Shown: positions 8,690 through 17,903, numbered from the stretch's first letter. The stretch: 32,000 nucleotides of DNA from Luteitalea sp. (GCA_046593715.1 JBKJQW010000052.1:28595-60594), one strand, 5' to 3'. Notes: a model not told the origin generated them from the sequence alone. Program-made: numbers and translations.

Positions 8690-9985
8690 ATGGGCGGGCA
8701 GACCACAAGATGTCGCGGTCTTTCGGGCAAATACCGCATTTGCTGGGCTATCGCCCTCCTGACCGCCTGTGCCGCCTCGGCCGCGCCGGGCTCTGCGCAG
8801 ACGGCTCCGCCGCTGCCCCCGGGGACGCCGGCGACCAGCGTCGGGACACGACCCGCGCCCACGGCCCTGCCCGACGCCCCCACGCGCCCCGCCAGCCGCG
8901 CCAAGCCCAAGGCCGCAGGCCTCCCGCTCTTCCCACTGCGGCTGCGTTGGTCGGCCGAGCTGGACGCACCGCCCGCCGCCGGCCTGGCCACCGATGACCG
9001 GCAGGTCTTCGTGCCGCTGGCCAGCGGAGGCCTGATCGCCCTGAGCGCTGACACCGGCGTGGTGACCTGGCGCGCCGACATCACCACCACCGTCGCCCCG
9101 GCGGTCGCCGACGATCACGTCTACGTGGTCGGGGCTGACGCCCTGCAGGCCCTCGAGGCCGGCAGCGGCCGCGTGCTGTGGCGTGTGCCCCTTGCGGCAG
9201 CTGTCTCGGCTCCGCTCGTGGCCCGGTCGGGCTGGGTCATCGCCGCCCTCCAGTCCGGCGAGGTTCTGGCGCTTCGCGCTGCCGACGGCACCGTCGTCTG
9301 GCGCCAGCAGCAGGCGGCTCCGGTCGTCGCGCCGGCGGCCCTGAACGGCGACCGTCTCTACCTGCCGGGAGCCGATGGCCTGGTGCGCGCCCTCGACGTG
9401 ACCACCGGGACCGTCCTGTGGACGCGGGCCCTCGGCGGCAGCATCGTGACGGTGGCGCCGCTCGGCAACCGCGTCTACGTCGGCTCCACCGACAACTACT
9501 TCTACTGCCTCGACGACGCGAAGGGCCGCGTGCGGTGGCGGTGGCGCGCCGGGGCCGACCCGGTGGGCGCGGCCATCGCCGATGACGAGCGGGTCTACTT
9601 CACCTCGCTCGACACCGTGGTGCGCGCGCTGGACCGCGGCCATGGGGCGCAACGTTGGCGGCAGCCACTCCCGTGGCGGCCGCGCACCGGACCGCTGCGG
9701 GTCGGCACGACCCTGGTGGCCTCGGGCATTGCCGTGGACCTGCGCGGCTACGCCATGGAGACGGGCAAGCCGGTCGGCGAGTTCGCGCTCAGCGACGATC
9801 GCCTCGAGGTGGTCGAGGGTGCGCCGATCGTGGTGGCGCGGGCTACGCTGCCTGGCGACTTCCTGGTGGCGGCCATCGCCGATGGCCGCGTGGTGGCGCT
9901 CGAGCACGTCTTCGGCCTGCCGGCCAGGCCACTCACCGACCTGCCTGGGGAGCGTGTGGCGTTGACGCCCCCACCGCTGCCCTGA
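8690..9985 (+). CDS. PQQ-like eight-bladed beta-propeller lipoprotein (BamB-like), 431 aa
   Basis: This is the in-frame C-terminal part of ORF 7169..9985, starting at ATG 8690. It has a signal peptide with a lipobox ([11 protein letters not shown]), then a Pro-rich linker. Eight tandem ~40-aa repeats follow, of the type D..vyv....g.l.ALda.tG...W (for example [68 protein letters not shown]). Confidence 0.8.
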   Translation: MGGQTTRCRGLSGKYRICWAIALLTACAASAAPGSAQTAPPLPPGTPATSVGTRPAPTALPDAPTRPASRAKPKAAGLPLFPLRLRWSAELDAPPAAGLATDDRQVFVPLASGGLIALSADTGVVTWRADITTTVAPAVADDHVYVVGADALQALEAGSGRVLWRVPLAAAVSAPLVARSGWVIAALQSGEVLALRAADGTVVWRQQQAAPVVAPAALNGDRLYLPGADGLVRALDVTTGTVLWTRALGGSIVTVAPLGNRVYVGSTDNYFYCLDDAKGRVRWRWRAGADPVGAAIADDERVYFTSLDTVVRALDRGHGAQRWRQPLPWRPRTGPLRVGTTLVASGIAVDLRGYAMETGKPVGEFALSDDRLEVVEGAPIVVARATLPGDFLVAAIADGRVVALEHVFGLPARPLTDLPGERVALTPPPLP

Positions 9986-11186
9986 TCACTCCGGCGAGGC
10001 GCGCGATGCCCTCGTCGATGCGGGTGGCCGAGGCGGCCGAGAACGCCAGCCGCAGGGCGTTGCTACCCGACCCATCGACAAAGAACGGGGCCCCTGCCAC
10101 GTAGATCACCCGCGCCTCGACTGCCGCGGACAGGAGGGCCTGCGTATCGAGCCCGTCCGGCAGCTGCACCCACAGGAAAAAACCACCACGCGGCGGCGTC
10201 CATCGCGCCAGGTCGGCACACTGGGCGGCCAGAGCCTTGCTCATCACGTCGCGCTTGCGGGCGTACGCTTCACGCAGGCGCGGCAACTGCTCGTCCAACA
10301 CACCGCGCGCGATCGCTTCGTGCACGATGCGCTGATCCAGCGAACTCGAGCAGAGGTCGGCCGATTGTTTGGCCACGTCCAGACGCGTCACGATCGACTC
10401 GGGCCCGACCACCCAGGCGGTGCGGAACGTCGGGGCCAGCGTCTTGGACGTGCTCTGCAGGTAGATCACCTGACCGTCAACGTCGTCAGCCTTGATGGGC
10501 CGCGTGGACGCGGCCCCCGTGACGTCGGGAAACCAGAGGTCGCCGTAGGGGTCGTCCTCGACGATCAGGACCTGGTGACGACTACTCCACTCCAGCAGCG
10601 CACGCCGCTTCTCGACCGACAGGAGGGCACCGGTCGGATTCTGGAAGTTCGGGATGACGTACAGGAACTTGACGCGCGCCCCGGCACCGCGCTCTCTCGC
10701 CAGCACCTGATCGAGGTGATCGAGATCGAGGCCATCCGATGCCTGCCGGACACCGGCCAGCCGCGCGCCGGCGCCGCGAAATGCCGCGATGGCGCCGGTG
10801 AAGGTCGGCAGTTCGACGAGCACGACATCGCCAGGGTCCACCAACAGGCGCGTGAGCAGGTCCACGGCCTGCTGCGATCCCGTCGTGAGCAGGATCTCAG
10901 TGGACGTGCAGGCGATGCCGCGTGCGCGCAGGCGCGGCACGAGCGTCTCGATCAGCGGCGCGTACCCCCGCGTGGGCCCGTACTGCAGCGTCTCCTCCTG
11001 ACGGTTGCGCAAGAGGTCGTCGGCGATGTCCCGATAGGCATCCCAGGCAAACAGCGCCGGGTCGGGATAGCCCGGCGCCAGCGAGATCATGTCGTCTCGA
11101 CCGGCCGCCAGGATGCCCATGTTCCGGATGGCCGAGCCCGTCAATTGGCGACCCATCCGCGAGAACACCGACTGGTCAGCCGTCAC
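9933..11186 (-). CDS. PLP-dependent class-I aminotransferase (ARO8/LysN-like), 417 aa
   Basis: Motifs include SAIRNM near the N-terminus, FQNPTG, and the PLP-lysine motif [15 protein letters not shown] place the start at GTG 11186 ([23 protein letters not shown]), which overlaps the upstream gene's TGA as GTGA. An alternative start is ATG 11156. The upstream part of ORF 9933..11606 lies out of frame inside the membrane-protein gene. Confidence 0.85.
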   Translation of the reverse strand: MTADQSVFSRMGRQLTGSAIRNMGILAAGRDDMISLAPGYPDPALFAWDAYRDIADDLLRNRQEETLQYGPTRGYAPLIETLVPRLRARGIACTSTEILLTTGSQQAVDLLTRLLVDPGDVVLVELPTFTGAIAAFRGAGARLAGVRQASDGLDLDHLDQVLARERGAGARVKFLYVIPNFQNPTGALLSVEKRRALLEWSSRHQVLIVEDDPYGDLWFPDVTGAASTRPIKADDVDGQVIYLQSTSKTLAPTFRTAWVVGPESIVTRLDVAKQSADLCSSSLDQRIVHEAIARGVLDEQLPRLREAYARKRDVMSKALAAQCADLARWTPPRGGFFLWVQLPDGLDTQALLSAAVEARVIYVAGAPFFVDGSGSNALRLAFSAASATRIDEGIARLAGVIRAAVGASTPHAPQAGR

Positions 11187-12184
11187 GCTGGCACACCGTC
11201 GGTCACGACGGCGCCAGCCGCATCGGCGGGAGCGTCGTACAGGAACAGGTACGCCCCGGCGGACGTGAGCCCGAGGTACTGGAAGATCAGCCCGCGCAGC
11301 AGCCACGCCAGCAACTGCAGGGGCAGGACGGCAAGGCCCACAAACGGGACGAACGAAATCAGCCCGAGACCAGCCGTGGCGACGATCGAGGCGAGCGTGG
11401 CCAGGCCCACCAGGCCAGCGGTCACGGCAAAGACGCCGAGCGTGCGGCTCGTGTCGAGACGGACCAGCCGCATCGCCTCGCTGAACGCCATACGCACCGA
11501 GAGGTCGCGCGCGGCGATGACCACCTGCACGACGAGGTACGTCGTGTTGACCACGGTCAGCCAGGCCACCAGCAGGGCGCTGCAGAACGCGGCGATGACC
11601 GTCCATCCGACGAGGAACCCATCCTGGCCGACGGCGCGGTAGCCGGCCAGCACGACCGCCAGGTAGAGCACGCCCGACACCAGGTAGGTGGTCAGCAGAA
11701 ACGCACCGAGGCGCAGGAACCGTGGCCGCAGCCGCCGCGTGCCCTGCAGGAAGATGTCCACGTCGGTGCGGGAGGCCCGCCGCAGGAGGGCGAGACGGAC
11801 GGGATACCGCTCGAGCGGTGCCGCATGCCGCTGCGCCTCGACCATCACAGCCAGCGTGCCGCCCTTGAGGATGAACATCAGCGCCGACCCGCCCAGCACG
11901 ACAATCCCCAATGCCGACAGGAAGCTGACCAGCGCCACGGGGTGCTCGAGTAGCGAGGTGGCGACGCCCGTCGCGCTCTCCCGCAGGTCCAACTCGTCGC
12001 CGAGGACGTCCTGCACGTCCTGGTTGAGCGCCAACGCCACCAGGAACGTGCCGCCGACGATGGGCACCGCCAGAAGAATCTTGAAGGTCGCCTCAGCGAT
12101 GAACTGCACCACGACCACTGGCCAGTTGGCCGCCGCGAGCAGGGCGCCTCGTTTGATCGGGAGCTTGAGGGCAGGAATGCGCAT
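11183..12184 (-). CDS. Polytopic integral membrane protein of unknown function (333 aa)
   Basis: The ATG is at 12184 and GC3 is high. By eye there are 6-7 hydrophobic helices. The general layout (short basic N-terminus, helix bundle, the segment SVRMAFSEAMRLVRLDTSRTLGVFAV before the last helices) loosely recalls YciC/DUF975/GDPD-membrane-domain type proteins. That is a low-confidence recollection. The gene is translationally coupled to the aminotransferase. Confidence 0.75.
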   Translation of the reverse strand: MRIPALKLPIKRGALLAAANWPVVVVQFIAEATFKILLAVPIVGGTFLVALALNQDVQDVLGDELDLRESATGVATSLLEHPVALVSFLSALGIVVLGGSALMFILKGGTLAVMVEAQRHAAPLERYPVRLALLRRASRTDVDIFLQGTRRLRPRFLRLGAFLLTTYLVSGVLYLAVVLAGYRAVGQDGFLVGWTVIAAFCSALLVAWLTVVNTTYLVVQVVIAARDLSVRMAFSEAMRLVRLDTSRTLGVFAVTAGLVGLATLASIVATAGLGLISFVPFVGLAVLPLQLLAWLLRGLIFQYLGLTSAGAYLFLYDAPADAAGAVVTDGVPA

Positions 12185-12210
12185 GCGTCGCGGGTGTCCC
12201 GCGCGCTTCC

Positions 12211-12216
12211 ACTATA
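12211..12216 (-). promoter_or_regulatory. Candidate -10 box TATAGT for the membrane-protein/aminotransferase operon
   Basis: The plus strand reads ACTATA at 12211-12216, which is TATAGT on the minus strand, 26 nt upstream of the ATG at 12184. It is an AT-rich hexamer in an otherwise GC-rich 152-nt divergent intergenic region. No clear -35 is present. Confidence 0.3.
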
Positions 12217-12336
12217 GCGAAGGCCGGCGCCGTGCACCGAGCCGGGCATGCGCTGCTGCCCGTGCCCGGACGAGGGCGGCAGCCACCGCGTCACCGCAGG
12301 CGTCTGAAAGGCCGGATAAGATTCCGCCACGTCTGC

Positions 12337-15300
12337 ATGCCCCGACCAGCCCCCTCCTCCCGGTCTCGCAGCCTCGTCCCCCGCGTGCTCGCAGCCGGTG
12401 TGATGGGCACGGTGTGTGTCCTGCTGCTGGGGGCCGCCTGGGTGTTGTGGCGGCTCGGGCCCGACGTTGCCGGCACCGCCGCCCGCGTCGAGCGCGACGT
12501 GCGGGCCCGCTTCGCACGACACGCCGACACCCTGGAGCGGACCGTCGCCCGGTTGCACCAACAGCCGGCGGTGATGGCCGCGCTGGACGCGCCCACCCGG
12601 GATCAGCGCGTCCTGTTTGACGCCGTCGCCGAAGCCGCACGCCTCAGTGGCTCCGAGGTGGCGATCACCATCACCGCACTGGACGGCACCGCCGTCGCAT
12701 GGGCGGGCCGCCCGCAGGCCGTACCCGACGCCCCCCAGGTTGACGGTCCCACGCTGGTGCTCGCCCCCGGAGCGCTTGGCCTGCGCCTGGTCCATGTCGA
12801 GCCGGTGCGAATCACCACCGGCGGGCAGTCGCGCGTGGTCGGGACGATTGCCGCCGAGCAGTTGCTGTCACGTGTCTCGACCGTCGATACCCGGGACGCG
12901 CTGGAAGCGCGATTCGAGTCCTCGCTGCTGCCGGTCTCGCTCACGCCGCGTTACATGGGCGGCCCACGCGAGCCCGGCGCGGCCTCGGTGGTCACCCTCG
13001 ACGCCCCGAACGGCACGCCGCTGGCCGACGTCGTCATCTCGCACGCGCGGCTGCAGACGCTGCGCGAGACGTGGTGGCGGCGTCTGGTCGGGCTCGGGGC
13101 CGTGGCGCTGGCGTTGACCTGCCTCGTCCTGGCCGGCGTGCTGGCGTGGGAGCGGCGATGGTTGCCACCGGCGACGTACGGGCGCTTCACCGCGCGTGCC
13201 TACATGTGGCTCGGCGCTGCCCGGGTGTTGCTCTGGTATGGCTGGCGCCCACCGCTGGAGACGACCCGCAGCTGGTCTCATGGCGGGGGCGCCGCCGACG
13301 CCCTCGAATGGCTGCATCGCAGCCCCTTCGACCTGTCGGTCACCGCCTTCCTGTTGCTTGCCGCAGTGATGCTGGCCGTGGATCCGCTGCGTCGGCTGCG
13401 GCTGGCCAGGCGACACGTGCGACGGCCCCCGACCGGTCGGGGCGGCCGCCCGATGTGGTTTGCCGCGACGCAACTGATGGCGGGCTGCGGGCTCGCCGCG
13501 GTGCTCGGCGTACTTGCGCGTGTGGTGCAGGACACGGTCAACCACACCGAGCTCGACGTCCTCATGCTGGCGTTGCTGCCGCCGCTCGAGCCGCAGCATC
13601 TGCTCGTCCTGCTCGGGCTGCTCGCCGTGGGCGCGTCCACCTTCTGGGGCGGCGTCCTCGTGCTGCGGGCGGGCCTGCTCCATTGGCGGCTGGCCCCGCT
13701 CGGCGTCTGGCATCGCCTGGTATGGCCCCTCGTGCTGTGGACGACGCCGCTGGCCGTGGGACTGGCGCTGGTCCGCTGGCGCGGCCACGACCCGCCGACC
13801 CTGGCGCTGCTGGCCATGGCCGGGTGTGCCGGCGCCGCGGCGCTTCTCGCCGCGCGCGGGATGGTCTGGCTGCGACGCGGGTCGCAGACCTGGCGGATGC
13901 TGTCGGCGTACGCGGCGCTGCTGTTGCCGGCGCTGCTGCTCTACCCGCTGCTGCTTCATGCGCTGGGCCACGCCCGCCAGGATCTGATCAGCACACAGTA
14001 CGCGCCCCAGGTCGTCTCACATCCGCGCGAGTTGGAGAAGCGGCTCACCGCCGCCCTCACCCAGATCGATGCCGTGCCGAGCCTGGCCGCCCGCATCGCG
14101 GTGATGCCGCGTGCGGTCGCCAGGGTACCGACCGACGCCGCATTCGACCTCTGGCAGCAGACCGGACTCGCGACGGCGCGCCTGACATCGGCGGTCGAAC
14201 TCTACGGGCCTGACGGTTTGCTGGTGAGCCGTTTCGGCTTCAACTTTCCCGAGTACCAGGCCACGGTGCCGCAGTGGCGCAGCGGCGTGTGCAGCTGGGA
14301 CGTCTTTGCCGAGACGGCGCTCTTCGGCTCAGAAGAGCGCAGCATGCTGCACGCCGAGCGCGCTGTCTGCGACACACCTGCCGGTGGCGAGCAGGTCCGC
14401 GGCGGCATCATCCTGCACGTCATGCTCGATTACAGCTCGCTGCCGTTCCTGACCACGCAGGGGCCGTACTACGACCTGTTTCGCGGCAGCGCACGGCAGG
14501 ACGCCCCTCGTGTCACGGCCTCCTCGCGCGACATCGATCTGGTGGTGTACGGGTGGGGGCGCACGCCCATCTACAGCTCCACCGAGCGTGTCTGGGAGCT
14601 GCCCGACGGCGTGTTCCGCCGGGCGTACCAGTCACGGGAGTCGTTCTGGGCCGCGCAGACGCGCGGCTCGCGCGTGTACGACCTGCACGTCTCCAACGAT
14701 CGGCTCGCCATCTACGTGGTCAGCGTCCCGCGGGTGACTCCGGTGGAGCACCTGGTCCACGTCGCCGAGGTGGCCACGCTTGCCGCCCTGGTCCTGCTCT
14801 TCGTCCTGCTGGTGCACGCCATCCTGCATCGCGTCAATCGCCGCGGTCCCCAGCCGGCCACGCTGCTGGTCCGCGAGATCAGGGCCAGTTTCACCCGCAA
14901 GCTGTTCCTGGCTTTCGTGGCGACCTCGGTCATTCCCGTGCTGACGCTGGCCTTCGTCGTGCGTACGTTTGTCGCGTCCCGCCTGCGCGCCGATGTCGAG
15001 GCCGAAGCGACGCGCACCGCCGCCGTCGCGCAGCGGGTCATCGAGGAAGCGCTGGCGCTGCAGCAGCCGTCCCTGGTCACGGCCACCGCGATCAGCGACG
15101 ACGTGATGGTCTGGATCAGCCGGGTGATCAAACAGGACGTCAACATCTTCGACGGACCGACGCTGTTGGCCACCAGTCAGCGCGACCTCTTCGCACAGGG
15201 GCTGCTGCCCGAGCGCACGCCCGACACGGTGTATCGGGCGATCATGCTGCGCCGCCTGCCGACCTTTGTCGGCGAGGATCAGATCGGTCCGCTGCGCTAC

Positions 15301-16344
15301 CAGCTCGCGGCCACGCCCATCCGCGTCGGCACCCGTCAGGCCATTCTCACCGTGCCGATGACCCTAAGGCAGCGCGAGATCGAACGAGAGATTGCCGAGC
15401 TCGATCGCAGTGTGAACCTGGGCGCCGTGGTCTTCATCCTGCTCGGGGCGGCGCTGGGCTACTCCATCTCGGGCCGCATCGGCGACCCGGTGCAGCGGCT
15501 GACGCGCGCCAGTCGTCGCATCGCCGCCGGCGATCTCGATCAGCACGTCGTGGCTCGCACCGCCGACGAACTGCAGGGGCTGGTCGAGGCCTTCAACCGG
15601 ATGGCCGCCGAGCTGTCGCGCCAGCGAGAGCAGTTGCAGCGCACCAACCGCCTGGAAGCCTGGGCCGAGATGGCCCGCCAGGTGGCGCACGACATCAAGA
15701 ATCCCCTCACGCCGATTCAGCTCTCGGCCGAGCACCTGCGGCGCGTCCACCACGACCGCGGGACGCCGCTGTCGCCAGTCCTCGAACAATGCGTGGACAC
15801 CATCCTGCTGCAGGTGCGGATGCTGCGGCAGATCTCGTCGGAATTTGCCAGCTTTGCCTCCTCGCCGACGGCCAGGCCGGCGCCGGCGGCGCTCCCGGCC
15901 CTGATTGACGAAGTGCTGGCGGGCTATCGCATCGGCCTGCCGGCCAATGTCCGCATCGAGGCTTCGCTGCCCGACGCGCTGCCCGAGGTCCTGATCGACC
16001 GCGCGCTGCTCGGACGGGCCATGATCAACATCATCGAGAACGCGCTGCACGCCATGCCCTCTGGAGGCACGGTGACGCTGCACGCGCGTCAGCTGGACAC
16101 GACCTGGGTGCGCGTCTCGCTGACCGACACGGGCGTGGGCATGGACGAGGCCGCACGCGCGCGCCTCTTCGAACCCTACTTCTCGACCAAGGCCGCGGGC
16201 ACCGGACTGGGGCTCACGATCGCCAAGCGCAACGTCGAGTTGATGGGCGGTCGCATCGACGTGGTCAGCGACAAGGGCCTCGGCACGACGGTCTCGCTCG
16301 ACCTCACCGTGGTGGAGTCGCCGCCTGCGGTCACGGCGCCCTAG
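12337..16344 (+). CDS. Giant multi-pass membrane HAMP sensor histidine kinase (1335 aa), no adjacent response regulator
   Basis: I trimmed ORF 12232..16344 to ATG 12337 because the 35 upstream codons contain several AGG/ATA/AGA/CGA/GGA/AAA codons and have lower GC3. The C-terminus is HAMP (PVQRLTRASRRIAAGDLDQHV...LVEAFNRMAAEL), then an H-box VAHDIKNPLTPIQLSAEHL (His codon 15688-15690). The ATPase boxes are N (IIENALHAM), G1 (DTGVGMD), F (FEPYFSTK) and G2 (GTGLGLTIAKR). Confidence 0.9.
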   Translation: MPRPAPSSRSRSLVPRVLAAGVMGTVCVLLLGAAWVLWRLGPDVAGTAARVERDVRARFARHADTLERTVARLHQQPAVMAALDAPTRDQRVLFDAVAEAARLSGSEVAITITALDGTAVAWAGRPQAVPDAPQVDGPTLVLAPGALGLRLVHVEPVRITTGGQSRVVGTIAAEQLLSRVSTVDTRDALEARFESSLLPVSLTPRYMGGPREPGAASVVTLDAPNGTPLADVVISHARLQTLRETWWRRLVGLGAVALALTCLVLAGVLAWERRWLPPATYGRFTARAYMWLGAARVLLWYGWRPPLETTRSWSHGGGAADALEWLHRSPFDLSVTAFLLLAAVMLAVDPLRRLRLARRHVRRPPTGRGGRPMWFAATQLMAGCGLAAVLGVLARVVQDTVNHTELDVLMLALLPPLEPQHLLVLLGLLAVGASTFWGGVLVLRAGLLHWRLAPLGVWHRLVWPLVLWTTPLAVGLALVRWRGHDPPTLALLAMAGCAGAAALLAARGMVWLRRGSQTWRMLSAYAALLLPALLLYPLLLHALGHARQDLISTQYAPQVVSHPRELEKRLTAALTQIDAVPSLAARIAVMPRAVARVPTDAAFDLWQQTGLATARLTSAVELYGPDGLLVSRFGFNFPEYQATVPQWRSGVCSWDVFAETALFGSEERSMLHAERAVCDTPAGGEQVRGGIILHVMLDYSSLPFLTTQGPYYDLFRGSARQDAPRVTASSRDIDLVVYGWGRTPIYSSTERVWELPDGVFRRAYQSRESFWAAQTRGSRVYDLHVSNDRLAIYVVSVPRVTPVEHLVHVAEVATLAALVLLFVLLVHAILHRVNRRGPQPATLLVREIRASFTRKLFLAFVATSVIPVLTLAFVVRTFVASRLRADVEAEATRTAAVAQRVIEEALALQQPSLVTATAISDDVMVWISRVIKQDVNIFDGPTLLATSQRDLFAQGLLPERTPDTVYRAIMLRRLPTFVGEDQIGPLRYQLAATPIRVGTRQAILTVPMTLRQREIEREIAELDRSVNLGAVVFILLGAALGYSISGRIGDPVQRLTRASRRIAAGDLDQHVVARTADELQGLVEAFNRMAAELSRQREQLQRTNRLEAWAEMARQVAHDIKNPLTPIQLSAEHLRRVHHDRGTPLSPVLEQCVDTILLQVRMLRQISSEFASFASSPTARPAPAALPALIDEVLAGYRIGLPANVRIEASLPDALPEVLIDRALLGRAMINIIENALHAMPSGGTVTLHARQLDTTWVRVSLTDTGVGMDEAARARLFEPYFSTKAAGTGLGLTIAKRNVELMGGRIDVVSDKGLGTTVSLDLTVVESPPAVTAP

Positions 16345-17147
16345 ATGTCGCGGGGGGCTGCGTTGACGACCGGGTCTGCGGCCTCGACGGCCGGCCCCTC
16401 GACCGGCCGAGGTCGCAGGCGCGACCAGGCCACGCCGACAAAGCCCGAAAGCAGGTACGTGTAGGAGATCAGCACCAGCGACCACTGCGGGTAGGTGACG
16501 ATCGCGGCAATACCCAGCGCCACGATCATCAACGCGTTGGCCGGACGCCGGGTGTTGAGATTGAACGTCTTGAAGCTGCGATAGCGAATGGTGGTGACCA
16601 TCAACGCGGCTGGCACGAGCAGCAACGGCAGCGCCAGCATGGCCATCCAGCCGTCCCCGAGCCCCTGCGGGAGGAGAAAGACCGTCGCCGCTGGCACGCC
16701 GGCGGCGGCCGGACTCGGCATACCCACGAAATACCGTTTGTCGGGGTTGGCGGTGGACTGGATGTTGAAGCGGGCCAGGCGAATCGCCGCTGCCGACAGG
16801 AACAGGAAGCCGACCGCCCAGCCAAGCCGGCCAAAGGTATACAGGCCCCAGGCGTAGCCGAGCACTGCCGGCGCAATCCCGAACGACACCACGTCGGCGA
16901 GCGAGTCGAACTCCTTGCCGAAATCGGACGTGGCCCCGGTCATGCGGGCAATCCGGCCGTCCAGCAGGTCCAGGACCACAGCCACTCCGATGAAGGGCGC
17001 CGCCGTCGAGAACTCTCCCCGCATCGAGAAGATGACGCACGCGTAGCCGCAGAACATGTTGGCCAGCGTGAACAAGCTCGGCAGCAGATACATGCCTCGA
17101 CGGAGCCGGCGCTGCTCGGGGTCGCGGCGCCGAAGCACATTGATCAT
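16341..17147 (-). CDS. pssA: CDP-diacylglycerol--serine O-phosphatidyltransferase (268 aa)
   Basis: The complete CDP-alcohol phosphatidyltransferase motif DGRIARMTGATSDFGKEFDSLAD (DGx2ARx8Gx3Dx3D) is present, the protein is multi-pass hydrophobic, and the gene lies directly downstream of psd. Confidence 0.92.
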   Translation of the reverse strand: MINVLRRRDPEQRRLRRGMYLLPSLFTLANMFCGYACVIFSMRGEFSTAAPFIGVAVVLDLLDGRIARMTGATSDFGKEFDSLADVVSFGIAPAVLGYAWGLYTFGRLGWAVGFLFLSAAAIRLARFNIQSTANPDKRYFVGMPSPAAAGVPAATVFLLPQGLGDGWMAMLALPLLLVPAALMVTTIRYRSFKTFNLNTRRPANALMIVALGIAAIVTYPQWSLVLISYTYLLSGFVGVAWSRLRPRPVEGPAVEAADPVVNAAPRDI

Positions 17148-17157
17148 GGGGGCAATT

Positions 17158-17796
17158 CTATCCTCTGGCCTCCGGCCAGCGGGCGATCACGCTCTCGGCG
17201 GCGCGAACCGTGTCGCCGGCCTTCACCTGGAGCTCGCAGTCCAGGGGCACGAACACGTCCATGCGCGATCCGAACTTCATCAGGCCGAATCGTTCCCCCG
17301 CGACCAGCTGGTCGCCGACCTGGACGCGGCACACGACACGGCGGGCCAGGAGCCCAACGACCTGCCTGAACACGACGGTGCGGTCGTCGGACCGGATCCA
17401 GAGCTCGTTGCGCTCGTTCTCCGCCGCGGCGCGGTCGTCATAGGCGGCCAGGAACTTGCCTGGCGTGTAGGCGATACGCGTCACTTCCCCGCCGTACGGG
17501 GTGCGGTTGATATGCACGTCGAGTGGGGACAGGAAAATACTGATCTGCTGCCAGTCGCCTGCCGGCGCCACGCCAGGTTCCCCGGGCCCAGCCACCATCA
17601 CCCGTCCATCGGCGGGCGACAGCACCAGGTCGGCGTCCTGAGGCGGGTACCGCTCGGGGTCGCGGAAGAAGTAGGCCATGAACCCGGCCAGCCCCAGCAG
17701 CGGCAGTCCGAGACCTGGTTTCTTCTTGAGCAGGAAATAGGCGGCCGGAGCAAACGCTCCAGCAATGAACGGGTATCCAGCGCGGTCGAGCTTCAT
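17158..17796 (-). CDS. psd: Phosphatidylserine decarboxylase proenzyme, short type (212 aa)
   Basis: I trimmed ORF 17158..18066 to ATG 17796 (MKLDRAGYPFIAGAF). Supporting motifs are SPADGRV, FLSPLDVHINRTP and the self-cleavage site LMKFGSRMD. It lies 10 nt upstream of pssA. Confidence 0.92.
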   Translation of the reverse strand: MKLDRAGYPFIAGAFAPAAYFLLKKKPGLGLPLLGLAGFMAYFFRDPERYPPQDADLVLSPADGRVMVAGPGEPGVAPAGDWQQISIFLSPLDVHINRTPYGGEVTRIAYTPGKFLAAYDDRAAAENERNELWIRSDDRTVVFRQVVGLLARRVVCRVQVGDQLVAGERFGLMKFGSRMDVFVPLDCELQVKAGDTVRAAESVIARWPEARG

Positions 17797-17829
17797 TGTG
17801 TCTGGGCGCCAAGTGTGACGCGGTGGTAG

Positions 17830-17903
17830 GGGCACGTCCCCGACGTGCCCGGTGGCCCCGGCGCAGCAGGAGCCATGAGTGCCCGCCGCAGGGCGACGGG
17901 CAC
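17830..17903 (-). promoter_or_regulatory. Two GC-rich inverted repeats sharing GGGCAC/GTGCCC arms between DUF465 and psd
   Basis: IR1 is GGGCACGTC (17830-17838) - CCC - GACGTGCCC (17842-17850), a perfect 9-bp stem. IR2 is GTGCCCG (17879-17885) - 11 nt - CGGGCAC (17897-17903), a perfect 7-bp stem. No U-tract follows either repeat on the transcribed (minus) strand, so they are either non-canonical terminators or operator/leader elements. Confidence 0.35.

Noticed and set aside
7169-9907. Apparent 938-aa (+) and 962-aa (-) ORFs spanning both guaA and the PQQ-lipoprotein gene.
   Set aside because: Each real gene's frame continues as a shadow ORF across its divergent neighbour, and the phases match the GC3 rule on both sides. 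Homology-like sequence begins only at ATG 8605 (guaA) and ATG 8690 (lipoprotein). They are not giant fusion proteins.
12210-12217. CACTATAG, the 3' core of a T7-type phage promoter.
   Set aside because: Only 8 nt match. The upstream TAATACGACT part is absent and there is no phage context. It is better explained as the TATAGT -10 box on the opposite strand.
12232-12336. A GTG 12232 N-terminal extension of the kinase.
   Set aside because: The 35 extra codons contain rare-looking AGG, ATA, AGA, AAA, CGA and GGA codons. Their GC3 is about 72%, versus about 85% just downstream. The extension also overlaps AT-rich promoter-like sequence. I prefer ATG 12337 but this is not proven.
12181-12340. Three GCATGC palindromes within 160 nt (12181, 12246, 12335), two of them containing start codons; tsaB's start also sits in GCATGC.
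   Set aside because: Two of the three are explained simply by an ATG flanked by G/C in a GC-rich genome. I have no evidence for a binding site and cannot compute the genome-wide frequency.
15364-17040. A 558-aa minus-strand ORF overlapping the kinase 3' half and pssA.
   Set aside because: It is in shadow phase relative to the kinase (position 1 on kinase position 3, congruent to 0 mod 3) and out of frame with the well-supported pssA. No motifs are present.
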